Shown: positions 10,720 to 22,307 of the stretch, in pieces
How positions within the stretch are numbered: the first letter of the stretch is position 1
Layout: the number at the start of each line of letters is the position of its first letter
Origin: an uncultured Phycisphaerales bacterium
Lineage (GTDB): Bacteria > Planctomycetota > Phycisphaerae > Tepidisphaerales > Tepidisphaeraceae
Reading direction: 5' to 3'
DNA: 64,000 nt
NCBI GenBank assembly: GCA_963844715.1
Contig: CAWJPJ010000008.1
Span: 800,001 to 864,000, forward strand
Made by a program: the position numbers and the translations under genes
The notes under the pieces: generated by a model
Told to the model about the DNA's origin: nothing
What the model saw: only the letters and a program-made list of their open reading frames with translations
Database searches by the model: none

Positions 10720-11193
10720 GTGCGATCAGAGCATCATTTAACACGATTTATTGCCGAGCGCGTCGCCGGATCAAGGGCCGACTGCCTTTGTTTCGGCGAT
10801 GCGGTTCGTCGGCGGATCGGTCGTAATGGCCGCATCAGTCATTACTTTCAGCCCGGTCAATTGTTTTCTGTGGTCTGGCGGCGGCAATACTCGCCCGACC
10901 GCGAACATCGCACCTTCGCAGTGGTTGAATCGCTACCGGCTCGCAAGATCGGTCAGATTCTTCCAGGCATTCATCCCGGAGTTGCGATTCACGCGCTTGT
11001 TCGCCAGCATGGACCGGCGGGACAGGACGAGGCCGTAGATCGCCTGCTCGATCTGATTGAGGAGTTGAAATACCAAGGACGCAATCCCGCAGAAATGTCC
11101 GCTGCCTTCTGGACGGAAGCAGCGCAAAGACTACTTCTCTGCGATGAGCCGTTGGAATCATTTGGGATTGAGAGCTTGGCATGTCTCATGTGA
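10720..11193 (+). CDS. DUF2840 family protein (ICE backbone)
   Basis: FG...FQPGQLFSVVW...LPGIHPG...VDRLLDLIEEL...NPAEMSAAFW pattern; directly before traF as in Tn4371-like ICEs. Confidence 0.7.
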   Translation: MRSEHHLTRFIAERVAGSRADCLCFGDAVRRRIGRNGRISHYFQPGQLFSVVWRRQYSPDREHRTFAVVESLPARKIGQILPGIHPGVAIHALVRQHGPAGQDEAVDRLLDLIEELKYQGRNPAEMSAAFWTEAAQRLLLCDEPLESFGIESLACLM

Positions 11194-11734
11194 CGTTCTT
11201 CGGCTGGCGTCGTTCGACGCACGGTAATCGCGCTCGTCGCGTTCTGTTACGCCTTGCGCGAAATCCTTGTGGCACTCGCGATTCTGCCGGAACTGGGCAC
11301 GCGCCGAGTTCTCGTCATCAACACATCGCCGAGCGTGGCGCCCGGCCTGTACTTACGTTCTTCGGACGAACCTGCCGTCGGGAAACTGGTGGATTTCTGC
11401 ATTCCTCCCGCCGCTCGTGATTATGTGCGCGGACGCACCGGGAACAGCGGCGAAAATTGGTACATTCTCAAACCGATTACGGCCGGTCCGGGCGACCTCG
11501 TTGACACGACCGGTGCGTGGCTGGCGATCAATGGGCATTCCGTTGCACCCATGCCACCGGCGGTAGATACGCGCCGGGCGTTCGCTGCCTCTCTGGCGCG
11601 ATCGCCGCGTGCTCAATGCTGATGAATTCTTTGTGTTCTCCGGGCGGATTCCCAACAGCTTCGACAGCCGTTGCTACGGTCCAATCAAGAGAAGCCAAAT
11701 CGATTCCGTCCGCGAGGCATTGCTGACCTGGTAA
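11181..11734 (+). CDS. traF: S26 family conjugative signal peptidase TraF (frameshifted)
   Basis: INTSPSVAPGLY, ILKPITAGPGD, NSFDSRCYGPI motifs across frames. Confidence 0.8.
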
Positions 11735-11858
11735 ATGCTGCAAAAAACGCAGACGAAAGTCATCGACAACCTTCGCAGATTGCGGAAGCGCGTGCGATCC
11801 TTGATCGGTGCGGGCGCAATTCCTTTGTTCATTCCGTGCGTTTATGATCCCCGGCAGG

Positions 11859-14800
11859 ATGTCCAACCCCTTTTTTGAAAAACCGATCCTCAGCTCTCCC
11901 TACTCGTGCCCAACACGGCATTGGGAGCTAGACATCCACGGTCAGCCAACCCAAAAGATTCTCGAAAAGCGGCGGCGGGCGGAGTTCATCACGCCCATTC
12001 CTAAGCCGCGAAAACGCAAGGATTCAGCCAACCAGCAACAGATTATTTTCGACGAGGGAAAAGGGCTTTCGACAAAAGAACAGCAATACGATCCCACGTC
12101 AATCATCAATCAGCTTCGTCAGCAAGTTGACCAATGGCGGACTTTAACTAACCCCAATGATTGGCAAGTCACGCCCGAGACTGCGCGTTTGATCCAGCAC
12201 TGGCGGCATCATAAATTCAACGGTATCCGGCCTTTCTTCTGCCAAGTGGAGGCCGTTGAGACGGCCATTTGGATTACCGAAGTAGCGCCTCACGCGGGGA
12301 AGTCGGGCAAGGCAATAGTTGAGCACTTGGCAAACGCCAACAACGACGCCAATCCAGGACTCATGCGCCTCGCCTTAAAGCTGGCGACTGGTGCCGGCAA
12401 GACCACTGTAATGGCGATGCTCATAGCGTGGCAAACGATCAATGCAGTGCGCCGACCGGCAGGCAAACACTTCACGCGCGGTTTTCTGGTCTGCGCACCC
12501 GGCTTGACGATCAAAGACCGCTTGCGTGTTCTCCAGCCCAACGACCCCGACAGCTACTACGCCAGCCGTGAACTCGTTCCTGGCGACATGCTCGACGACG
12601 TAAACCGGGCCAAGATCGTTATCACCAACTACCACGCATTCAGGCTGCGCGAGCGTATCGAACTTTCCGCCGGCGGCCGCGCATTGCTTCAAGGCCGCGG
12701 CGGCGATGAACTCAACACGCAGGAGACTGAAGGCCAGATGCTCCAGCGCGTGATGCCCGACCTGATGGGAATGAAAAACATTCTGGTCATCAACGATGAA
12801 GCGCACCATTGCTACCGGGAAAAACCAAAAGCCACCGACGAAGAGGATTTGAAAGGCGACGAACGGAAGGAGGCCGAGAAGAACAACGAGGCCGCCCGCC
12901 TTTGGATTTCCGGTCTGGAAGCCGTGAACCGCAAGCTCGGTCTCAGCCGCGTTATTGATTTGTCCGCGACACCATTCTTCCTCCGCGGCTCCGGCTACGC
13001 CGAAGGCACTTTGTTCCCTTGGACGATGAGCGACTTTTCCCTTATGGATGCCATCGAATGCGGCATCGTCAAACTGCCGCGCGTCCCCGTCGCTGAAAAC
13101 ATCCCTGGCGACGAGATGCCGATGTTCCGCGACCTTTGGGAAAACATCCGCAAAGACATGCCCAAGAAGGGGCGCGGCCAAGGCGAGGAGCTCGACCCAC
13201 TGAAACTTCCCACGCGCTTGCAGACGGCGCTGCAAGCACTTTATGGCCATTACGAGAAGACATTTAAGCTTTGGCAGGATACGGGCATCGCGGTTCCGCC
13301 GTGCTTTATCATCGTTTGCCAGAACACCGCAATCTCGAAACTCGTTTATGACTTCATCTCCGGCTTTCATCGCAAGAACGATGACGGCACCACTACCCTT
13401 GAAAACGGACGCCTCGCGCTATTCCGCAATTTCGATGAAACCACCGGCAACCCGTTCCCGCGCCCGAATACGCTCCTAATCGACAGCGAGCAACTAGAAG
13501 CTGGCGATGCGCTCGATGACAACTTCCGCGGTATGGCAGCCGACGAAATTGAACGCTTTCGACGCGAGATCGTGGAGCGCACCGGCGACGCCCGCGCCGG
13601 CGACAACATCACCGACCAGGAATTGCTCCGCGAAGTCATGAATACCGTCGGCAAGCCCGGACAGCTTGGCGGTGCGATCCGCTGCGTCGTGTCTGTGTCG
13701 ATGCTGACCGAAGGATGGGATGCCAATACTGTCACGCACGTACTCGGCATTCGCGCGTTCGGCACTCAACTCCTGTGCGAGCAGGTAATTGGTCGCGCTT
13801 GCGTCGCCAATCTTATGAGTTGAATGAAGAAGGGCTGTTCAATGTGGAATACGCCGATGTCTTCGGGATTCCGTTCGACTTTACCGCCAAACCTGTCATC
13901 GCGCCGCCGCAGCCACCGCGCGAAACAGTTCAGGTGAAGGCCGTGCGCCCTGATCGCGATGCACTGGAAATCCGATTCCCGCGTGTCGAGGGCTATCGCG
14001 TGGAACTTCCCGAGGAACGCCTAACGGCCGATTTCAACGGCGACTCCATCTTGGAATTGAGCCCGGACCTCGTTGGTCCATCCATCACGCGCAACTCCGG
14101 GATCATCGGCGAAGGCGTTGATCTTGGCCTCAAACATTTGGGAGACATCCGGCCATCAACGCTGGTTTTCAACCTCACTCAACGGTTGCTCTACACAAAA
14201 TGGCGCGACCCCGGTGAAGAGCCGAAGCTCCATCTTTTCGGCCAGCTTAAGCGCATCACCAAGCAATGGCTCGACACCTGCCTCGTGTGCAAAGGCGACA
14301 CCTACCCGGCGCTGCTCATGTACCAGGAGTTAGCAGACACGGCATGTAACCGCATCACAGCAGCCATCACTCGTCAATTTCAGGGCACACGCCCGATTAA
14401 GGCGCTGCTCGATCCATACAATCCCGCCGGCTCGACGAGCCACGTTCGGTTCAATACGTCAAGGCCCGACCGTTGGGAAACGAGTTCAAAATCCTGCCAT
14501 ATCAATTGGGTTGTTTTGGATAGCGATTGGGAGGGGGAGTTTTGCCGCGTGGCGGAATCTCATCCGAAAGTCCGGGCCTATGTGAAGAACCACAATCTCG
14601 GGCTGGAAGTGCCGTATCGCTACGGTTCGGAAACACGGAAGTATTTGCCTGACTTTATTGTGCTGGTTGATGATGGTCACGCGGCGCGGTCCGACGGAAA
14701 ACCCGACTTGCTCCACCTTGTCGTGGAGATCAAGGGCTACCGACGCGAAGACGCGAAAGAAAAGAAGTCCACGGTGGAAACCTATTGGGTGCCTGGCGTG

Positions 14801-14947
14801 AACCACCTGGGCGCATATGGCCGGTGGGCCTTCGCCGAGTTCACAGACGTTTACCAGATCCACGCCGACTTTGCTGCCAAGATCGCGAGCGAGTTCGATA
14901 AAATGATTAAAGCGGCTACCGAAACACCCACGACCGAGAGCAAATAA
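11859..14947 (+). CDS. Type III-like restriction endonuclease Res subunit (frameshift near 13795)
   Basis: LATGAGKT Walker A, NDEAHH, LSATP, MLTEGWDA, EQVIGR; C-terminal YLPDFIV...VEIKG nuclease. Confidence 0.88.
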
Positions 14948-14948
14948 C

Positions 14949-17762
14949 ATGGCGAAGAAATCGGCAGCCTCCAAAACCGTAGAATCTCTCAAGCACGGCG
15001 CCGATAAGCGGAAGAATATTCCAACCGCGGAGTTTCAATCCGTTTTGAGGCAAGAGGCACAGCACCCCATCCGTCTCGCCTATGAGCGCCGCAATCGCGA
15101 CCTCGATCCGCAACTCGTATGGCGCGGAAAGGACGAGCAGGATTGGAGCAATCTGATTGTTCACGCTCCGCCACTTTACATCCAAGAGAAGGTCCACCCT
15201 AAAGTCCTCATCGAAGACTTGCTGCGTCAAACCAGAGATATCCGAGCGCAGGAGCCTGGCCATCAGATCGACCTCTTCGCCGATTTCAACGGCATCGCAA
15301 ACGACGCCGACAAGACCGAGTTCTATCAGCACGACCAGAATTGGAGCAACCGCATGATCCTGGGCGACTCGCTCCAGGCGATGGCAAGTCTCGCCGAGCG
15401 CGAAGGCCTGCGCGGTCAGGTGCAATGTATCTATCTCGACCCACCTTACGGCATCAAGTTCAACAGCAACTTCCAATGGTCCACCACGAGCCGTGACGTC
15501 AAGGATGGCAATGCGGGCCACATCACCCGCGAACCGGAGCAGGTGAAAGCGTTCCGCGACACTTGGCGGGACGGCATCCACAGTTATCTCACCTATCTGC
15601 GCGACCGCCTCACGGTCGCTCGCGATCTTCTCACCGATTCCGGATCGATCTTCGTTCAAATTGGACAGGATAATTGTCACCTCATCCGTTCTTTATTGGA
15701 TGAAGTTTTTGGTGCCGAGAATTTTATTTCGCAGATCGTGTTCTCGAAGACCGCGAGCGCGACATCGGAATATCTCGCTGGCACATACGATGTCCTCGTT
15801 TTATACGCAAAATCGCACGAGAAATTGAAATATCATCAACCCCTGACGCTGAAGCAACTTGGGGGGTTGGGTGGCAGTGCATATAAAAGAGTCCGGCTTC
15901 CAAATCTCTCGGAACGAGCGCTCACCCCCGAGGAGCTTGCCGGCCAGCAGGAGCTTCCTGCGGATTCGCGTGTGTTTCGTATCGACAACCTCACGAGTCA
16001 AAGCGTTGGGCGCGACAAGGGTGAAGGAGCAGCTTCGTGGTTCCCCGTGGAGTTCGAGGGGCAAACGCTTCGCCCCTCTGACAAGGTGCGATGGAAAACC
16101 AACGAACAAGGAATGAGTCGTTTGAAAATGGCGTCTCGCCTTAGTTCGACGGGCAAGGGCTTATATTATGTGCGCTACTTTCAAGATTTCGCCGCATTTC
16201 ACGAGGACAATGTCTGGGCCGATACCGGGATAGCGGGCTTCGCCTCTGAGAAGCGATATGTTGTCGAAACCTCTGAGAAAGTCGTTCAGCGCTGCCTCCT
16301 CATGACGACAGACCCCGGCGATCTCGTTCTCGATCCAACTTGCGGCTCCGGCACGACCGCCGCCGTCGCCGAACAATGGGGCCGCCGTTGGATTACCATC
16401 GACACTTCCGCGTCGCATTGGCACTTGCTCGCGCCCGCATAATGGGTGCGCGATATCCATTTTACTTTTTGGCCGATTCTCGCGAAGGACAGCTTAAGGA
16501 AGCCGAAGTCGCGCGGCACGTCGCCAAGTTCGCAACCAACACGCGGGAATATCCGTCATGGCTTTGTCTACGAACGTGTGCCGCACATCATGCTAAGTTC
16601 TATTTCCAGCAATGCGGAAATTGATGTTATATGGAGCAAATGGCAGGCCATCTTAGACCCGTTGCGCAAGAAACTGAGCGCCGCGCTCAGGACACAATTG
16701 CATGATTGGGAGATTCCGCATGAAGCGGACGCGAAGTGGCCGGAATCAGTGAGGGCACTGCATGGCAACTGGTGGCAGGCGCGCATTGCACAGCAGACGG
16801 AAATCGACAAGTCGATCGCTGCCAAGGCGACGTTTGATTACCTCTACGACAAGCCGTACGCCGACAAGAAAACGGTAAGGGTATCTGGCCCCTTCACCGT
16901 CGAAAGTCTGAGTCCCCACCGAGTGTTGGGCGTGGATGAAAACGATGACTTGATTGATCCTCTAAAGACGCACAATCCCGACTTCGGCGCAAAGCAATCC
17001 TTTGCTCAGATGATCATCGAGAATCTCAAGACGGCTGGTGTCCAACAGGCTCACAAGGAGGATAAAATCACCTTCATCGCCCTCGCTCCTTGGCCGGGCG
17101 AACTGGTCTGCGCCGAAGGGCGCTATATGGAACGCGAGACCGAGAAGCGTGCCGCCATTTTCATCGGCCCGGAATTCGGCACTGTTCAACGTGCCGATCT
17201 AGTCGCCGCGGCCCGCGAGGCCGGCGATGCCGATTTCGATGTGCTGATTGCCTGCGCCTTCAACTACGAGGCCCACACTACGGAGTTCAATAAGCTAGGC
17301 CGTATCCCCGTGCTCAAGGCCCGTATGAATGCGGACCTCCACATGTCGGACGACCTCAAAAACACCGGCCAAGGCAACCTCTTTGTCATTTTCGGCGAGC
17401 CGGACATAACTCTTCTCAACGAGAAGGATGGCAAACTTCGTGTGAAGGTAAATGGCGTGGACGTATTCAAACCTCAAACGGGCGAAGTTATTAGCGACAA
17501 TTCCGATGGCATCGCCTGCTGGTTCATCGACACCGACTATAACGAAGAGAGTTTTTTCGTCCGCCACGCGTACTTCCTTGGGGCCAACGATCCTTACAAC
17601 AATCTAAAGACGACTCTCAAAGCCGAAATCAACGCTGACGCTTGGGCTACGCTGAACAGTGACACTTCACGACCTTTTGAAAGACCCAAGAGCGGCCGCG
17701 TAGCCGTGAAGGTAATCAATCACCTTGGCGATGAAGTCATGAAGGTATTCAAGGTAACGTGA
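14949..17762 (+). CDS. Site-specific adenine DNA methyltransferase (Mod, beta class), frameshift near 16410-16520
   Basis: YLDPPYG catalytic motif before DPTCGSGTT SAM motif; C-terminus VAVKVINHLGDEVMKV. Confidence 0.88.
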
Positions 17763-19832
17763 TGGAATTCCGCATTGCCGACACTTTCACGGACAGCCTT
17801 GCTCGGCTAACCGGCGACGAACAGAAAGCCGTCAAGATGACGGCTTTCGATTTGCAGATTGATTCGTCCGGCGCAGGAATGAGCTTCCACAAGCTCGACA
17901 AAGCAAAAGACAAGAAATTCTGGTCGGTGCGCGTCAGCAGCGACATTCGGCTGATCGTCCATAAAAGTGAATCCAGTCTCTTGCTTTGTTACGTGGACCA
18001 TCACGACAAGGCATATCAATGGGCGGAACGGCGCAAGTTGGAGACGCATCCAAAGACCGGTGCCGCGCAATTGGTGGAGATTCGCGAGACCGTCAAGGAA
18101 ATCGTGGTTCCTACATACGTGCAGGCGGAACTCCCTGTGGCGGCCAAGCCCCTGCTGTTTGCGACGCTCGGTGACAATCAGTTGCTTGGTTATGGAGTGC
18201 CGCCGGAATGGCTGGCGGATGTACGAAAAGCCGATGAAGACACGTTATTCGCGCTGGCCGACCATTTACCAACGGAGGCCGCCGAAGCATTGTTGGAGTT
18301 TGCGACCGGTGGTAAACCGCAGGCGGTCGCACCGGCCGTCAGTGGAACCGATCCCTTCGCTCATCCCGATGCTCAACGCCGATTCCGCACGATGAAGGGC
18401 GTTGAGGAGTTGCAGCGCGCGCTAGAATATCCCTGGGATAAATGGACGGTCTTCCTGCACCCCGAACAGCGGCAGTGGATCGAACGGGACTACAGCGGCC
18501 CCGCGAGAGTTTCCGGGTCTGCGGGCACTGGAAAAACCATCGTGGCCCTTCACCGCGCTGTCCATTCGCGCGCACAATCCAGATGCGCGAGTTGTGCTAA
18601 CCACTTTTTCGGGCATTCTGGCCAATGCGTTACGAACCAAACTTAAGCGACTCATCAGCAATGAGCCGCGATTGGCCGAACGACTGGAAGTGTATTCCAT
18701 CGACGCCATCGGCCTTCGGCTTTTCAAATCCCACATCGGCCAGCCGCAGATCGTATCGCAGGACAAGATGCGCGAGATCGTGGAGAAGTCGGCCGCGGAG
18801 GTGGGAGGCCACAAGTTCGGCCTTCCATTTTTGCTTTCCGAATGGGAACACGTCGTCGATGCGTGGCAATTGCACAGTTGGGAGGCGTATCGCGACGTGA
18901 GGCGGCTGGGCAGGAAAACCCGTCTTGCCGAGCCGCAACGCGCCGTGCTTTGGTCGATCTTTGAGCGTGTCGGCGCTCGGTTGGCGGCTGACAATTTAAT
19001 TACCTATTCCGGCTTATTCAGCAAACTTGCAACCATCATCGCCGCGAGTAAGCATCCGCCGTTCGACTTTGCCGTGGTGGATGAGGCACAGGATATCAGC
19101 ATCGCTCATCTGCGTTTCTTCGCGGCGGTTGGTGGTAATCGCCCAAACGGCCTTTTCTTTGCGGGCGACCTTGGGCAACGTATCTTCCAGCAGCCGTTTT
19201 CATGGAAGGCGTTGGGGATCGATATCCGTGGTCGCGCGCGTACCCTTCATGTGAACTACCGGACCTCACACCAAATCCGAATGCAAACCGACCGCCTATT
19301 GGGCCCGGAAGTGTCCGATGCCGATGGCAACACGGAGGAACGAGACAGCACCGTTTCGGTATTCAATGGACCGCCGCCCACTATTCAGGTCGTCAAAAGC
19401 CAACAGGAGGAAATCAAGGCGGTCAGTCAATGGATCTCAGCTCGCCATAAAGAGGGCGTGTTGCCTCACGAGCTGGGAGTATTTGTGCGATCTGTGGCGG
19501 AGTTGGATCGGGCGCGAGCAGCGGTCAAAGATGCTGGGCTGTCGTTCAAAATACTTGACGACCAGGTTGAAACGGTGAGCGGCCAAGTGGCAATCAGTAC
19601 GATGCATCTTGCCAAGGGTTTAGAATTTCGCGCCGTCGTGGTGATGGCCTGTGATGACGAGATTATTCCGTTGCAGGAACGAATCGAGACGGTGGCCGAA
19701 GACGCAGATTTGGAAGAAATCTATAATACGGAACGCCATTTACTTTACGTCGCGTGTACTCGCGCACGGGATCATCTTCTCGTTACGAGCGTCGATCCGG
19801 CATCAGAATTTCTCGACGACATGGGGACGTGA
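17759..19832 (+). CDS. UvrD/SF1 helicase with N-terminal RelE-like domain (frameshift near 18570)
   Basis: N-terminus FHKLDKAKDKKFWSVRVSSDIRLIV...YVDHHDKAY; GSAGTGKT, VDEAQD, GDLGQRI, NYRT, TMHLAKGLEF, LYVACTRAR. Confidence 0.85.
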
Positions 19833-20102
19833 CGCAAGACATCGGATTCTCGACAGTGGGTAGATCGTGTGTGCGGCACTCGCACCGCGCAGATACCCAT
19901 TGCCATACGATCACGATGTTTCCTTATTGCTGGCGTGACGGCAGGATTAATTTGCATCCCACCGGAACCAAAGCATAATCAACTACGGATCGGCGGTATT
20001 CCCCGAAGAAGGTTCCCCCCTCCTTCTTCAACCGCCGATCTTTTTTTGCGCCATACTTTCCATCGCGAAATCCGTCATTGAACAAACCTAAATGGCGCGG
20101 GA

Positions 20103-20147
20103 TTGACGAAACCCGGCTTAGATCGTTACCCTAACATATAGCGAACA
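20103..20147 (+). promoter_or_regulatory. imuABC promoter with TAAC-N7-GAAC operator
   Basis: TTGACG-N18-TACCCT; ctaacatatagcgaaca at 20131-20147. Confidence 0.6.
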
Positions 20148-20164
20148 ATGGGAAGAGGTTTGTC

Positions 20165-20874
20165 GTGCAGATAACGACTGATAAGGATGAGCTGCGCCGC
20201 GCCCTTGCTGAAAAGCAAGTCTCGCACGTTCGTTGCCGCAGCTTTCGCACGGGCTTGGAGGCATTCGATGAAATTGCACCGAACGGCGCGTTTCAGGGTG
20301 GCGCAGTGCATGAATTGCTCTGGGCACGGCAATCGACCCATCCCAAATCGCTCGCATTACTGCTGGCAAAGGCGGCGCAGAAAAACGGTGGCGCGATTGC
20401 TTGGAGTGATCCAGAGCGCGAGCTTCACCTGCCCGCCTTGTCGGCGGCAGGAATCAACCTTCGGAATCTGGTTCTGCTGCGCTGCGCGAATCGCGCGGAC
20501 CAGCTTTGGGCGCTGGCCGAATGCTTGCGCTGTCGTGGGGTCGGCGCGACCGTCGCGTTCATTCAACGTCTAAGCCAGATCGAGGCGCGGCGGTTGCAAC
20601 TTGCCGCCGAGCGTGGGGGCGGCGTGGGCCTTTTCATGCGCCCTTATGCGCCGGGGATAAGCAACTCTTACGCAGCCGCCACGCGCTGGCTTATCCAGCC
20701 CGCGCCCGGCAGCGACCAAGTGCAACGATGGAGCGTGGAACTTCTTCACGGCCACGGAGGACAGGTCGGAAAAGTCCTTCTACTGGAGGTGGACCGTGAG
20801 ACACGTGCTTTGCGCATATCTGCGCCACTGGCCGATCGACCGGCTGCGCCGGCACGGCCCGAGCTACGGCGTAA
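20165..20874 (+). CDS. imuA: ImuA (RecA-like) translesion accessory protein
   Basis: TGLEAFD..GAVHEL, LWALAECLRC, ARRLQLAAERG, AATRW; restoring one base near 20853 gives a stop at 20872-20874. Confidence 0.85.
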
Positions 20875-22291
20875 ACCGCTGGTCCTGATCGAAACCAGCG
20901 GCAACCGGCAGACCATCGTTCACGTCAGCCCGGAAACGCCGGCCGATATTTATCCGGCAATGCCGCTGGCAGCGGCAAGAGCACGTCATGCAGCGATGTT
21001 GGATTTTCCGGCGACGCCGGCCGCGGACCTGCGCTCCCTCGAAGCGATGGGACACTGGCTGTTGCGATTCAGCCCAGGCGTGTGCGTTTATCCCCCGTCA
21101 TCCCTTTTTCTCGATGCTACAGGTCTCGAGCGCCTGTACGGTGGCCTTGAGAACTTTCGCCGTCGAGTTGCCCAAGCATCGCTTCGCTGCGCATGACCGC
21201 TGCCGTGACGATTGCGCCAACGCCGGGTACGGCGTGGGCGCTGGCCGCGTTTGGAAGGAACGGATCGCACATCGTCACAAATGAACACGTACTTCCCGCG
21301 CTCTCGCCACTTCCGCCAGAGGCGTTGCGGCTGGACAGCAAGACGGTTGGCGTCTTATCAGCTTTGGGCGTGCGGACGATTGACTCGCTGCTTCAACTTT
21401 CTCGCAACGATCTCGCTGTTCGCTTCGGACCGGCGATCCTGATGCGGATCGACCAGGCGACCGGCACTGCGCCCGAACCTCTGACATACTTGGTTCATCG
21501 CTCGCCCATTCGGGCGACCCTCGAATTTGAAGGCGCTATTGAATCGCTCGACGCGATTCATTTCGCGGTGCAGGAGCTTACAAGGCAAATTGCCGCGCAG
21601 CTTGCCGCGCGTGGTCAGGGAGGCGCGGGAGCTACGCCTGACGTTCCGCCAGCCGTATGCATCGCCTGTCGAAAAAGTTATCCGGTTGGTGCGCCCGTGT
21701 CGCAACGAATCGGCACTGTTAAAGCTGATTTGTTGCGCGATTGAAAATCTGGAAGCCAGCGAGGGTTTTGTGGCCGCGACGTTGGCCGTCACTGTCGCTG
21801 AACGGTTGGGCGACGAGCAGGCCGCATTGATCGGAGGCGAGGAAGAACGCGATGCCGCCGAATTGGATCATTTGGTCGAGCGGCTGCGCGCACGGCTGGA
21901 TCGCGGCGTGGATTGGGGAGAATTGCTCGAATCCAATCTCCCTGAAAACGCCAGTCGATGCCGAGACACTGCCGGTAAGGCGGATGCGCCCGGCGCGCAC
22001 GGCGCGGTTGATCTTCTTCGCCCGCTCCGGCTGCTGCGTCAGCCGCGTTCGATCAAGACAATCGTTCGACCCTCGGAGAGCCGCGATGGCGAGCCCGTAT
22101 CTTTCACTGACTACGGCGAAGTTCATAGGCTCGACCACATCCGGGGACCGGAGCGAATCACCGGCCAATGGTGGAACGGGCGGTGGAAGACCCGTGACTA
22201 CTTCGATGTTCTGGATACCGCCGGCGATCGGTATTGGATCTTCCGCGTCCCGCAATCGGGACGATGGTTTTTGCACGGGATATTCGAGTGA
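20796..22291 (+). CDS. imuB: ImuB Y-family polymerase-like protein (several frameshifts)
   Basis: GTG start MRHVLCAYLRHWPIDRLRR; LFLDATGLERLYGG; C-terminus GPERITGQWW..TRDYF..YWIFR..WFLHGIF. Confidence 0.87.
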
Positions 22292-22307
22292 TGGCGGAAA
22301 CTCATCT

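Noticed and set aside
20165..21196. 343-aa ORF suggesting an ImuA-ImuB fusion
   Set aside because: ImuB has its own RBS and GTG start at 20796; one missing base near 20853 explains the fusion.
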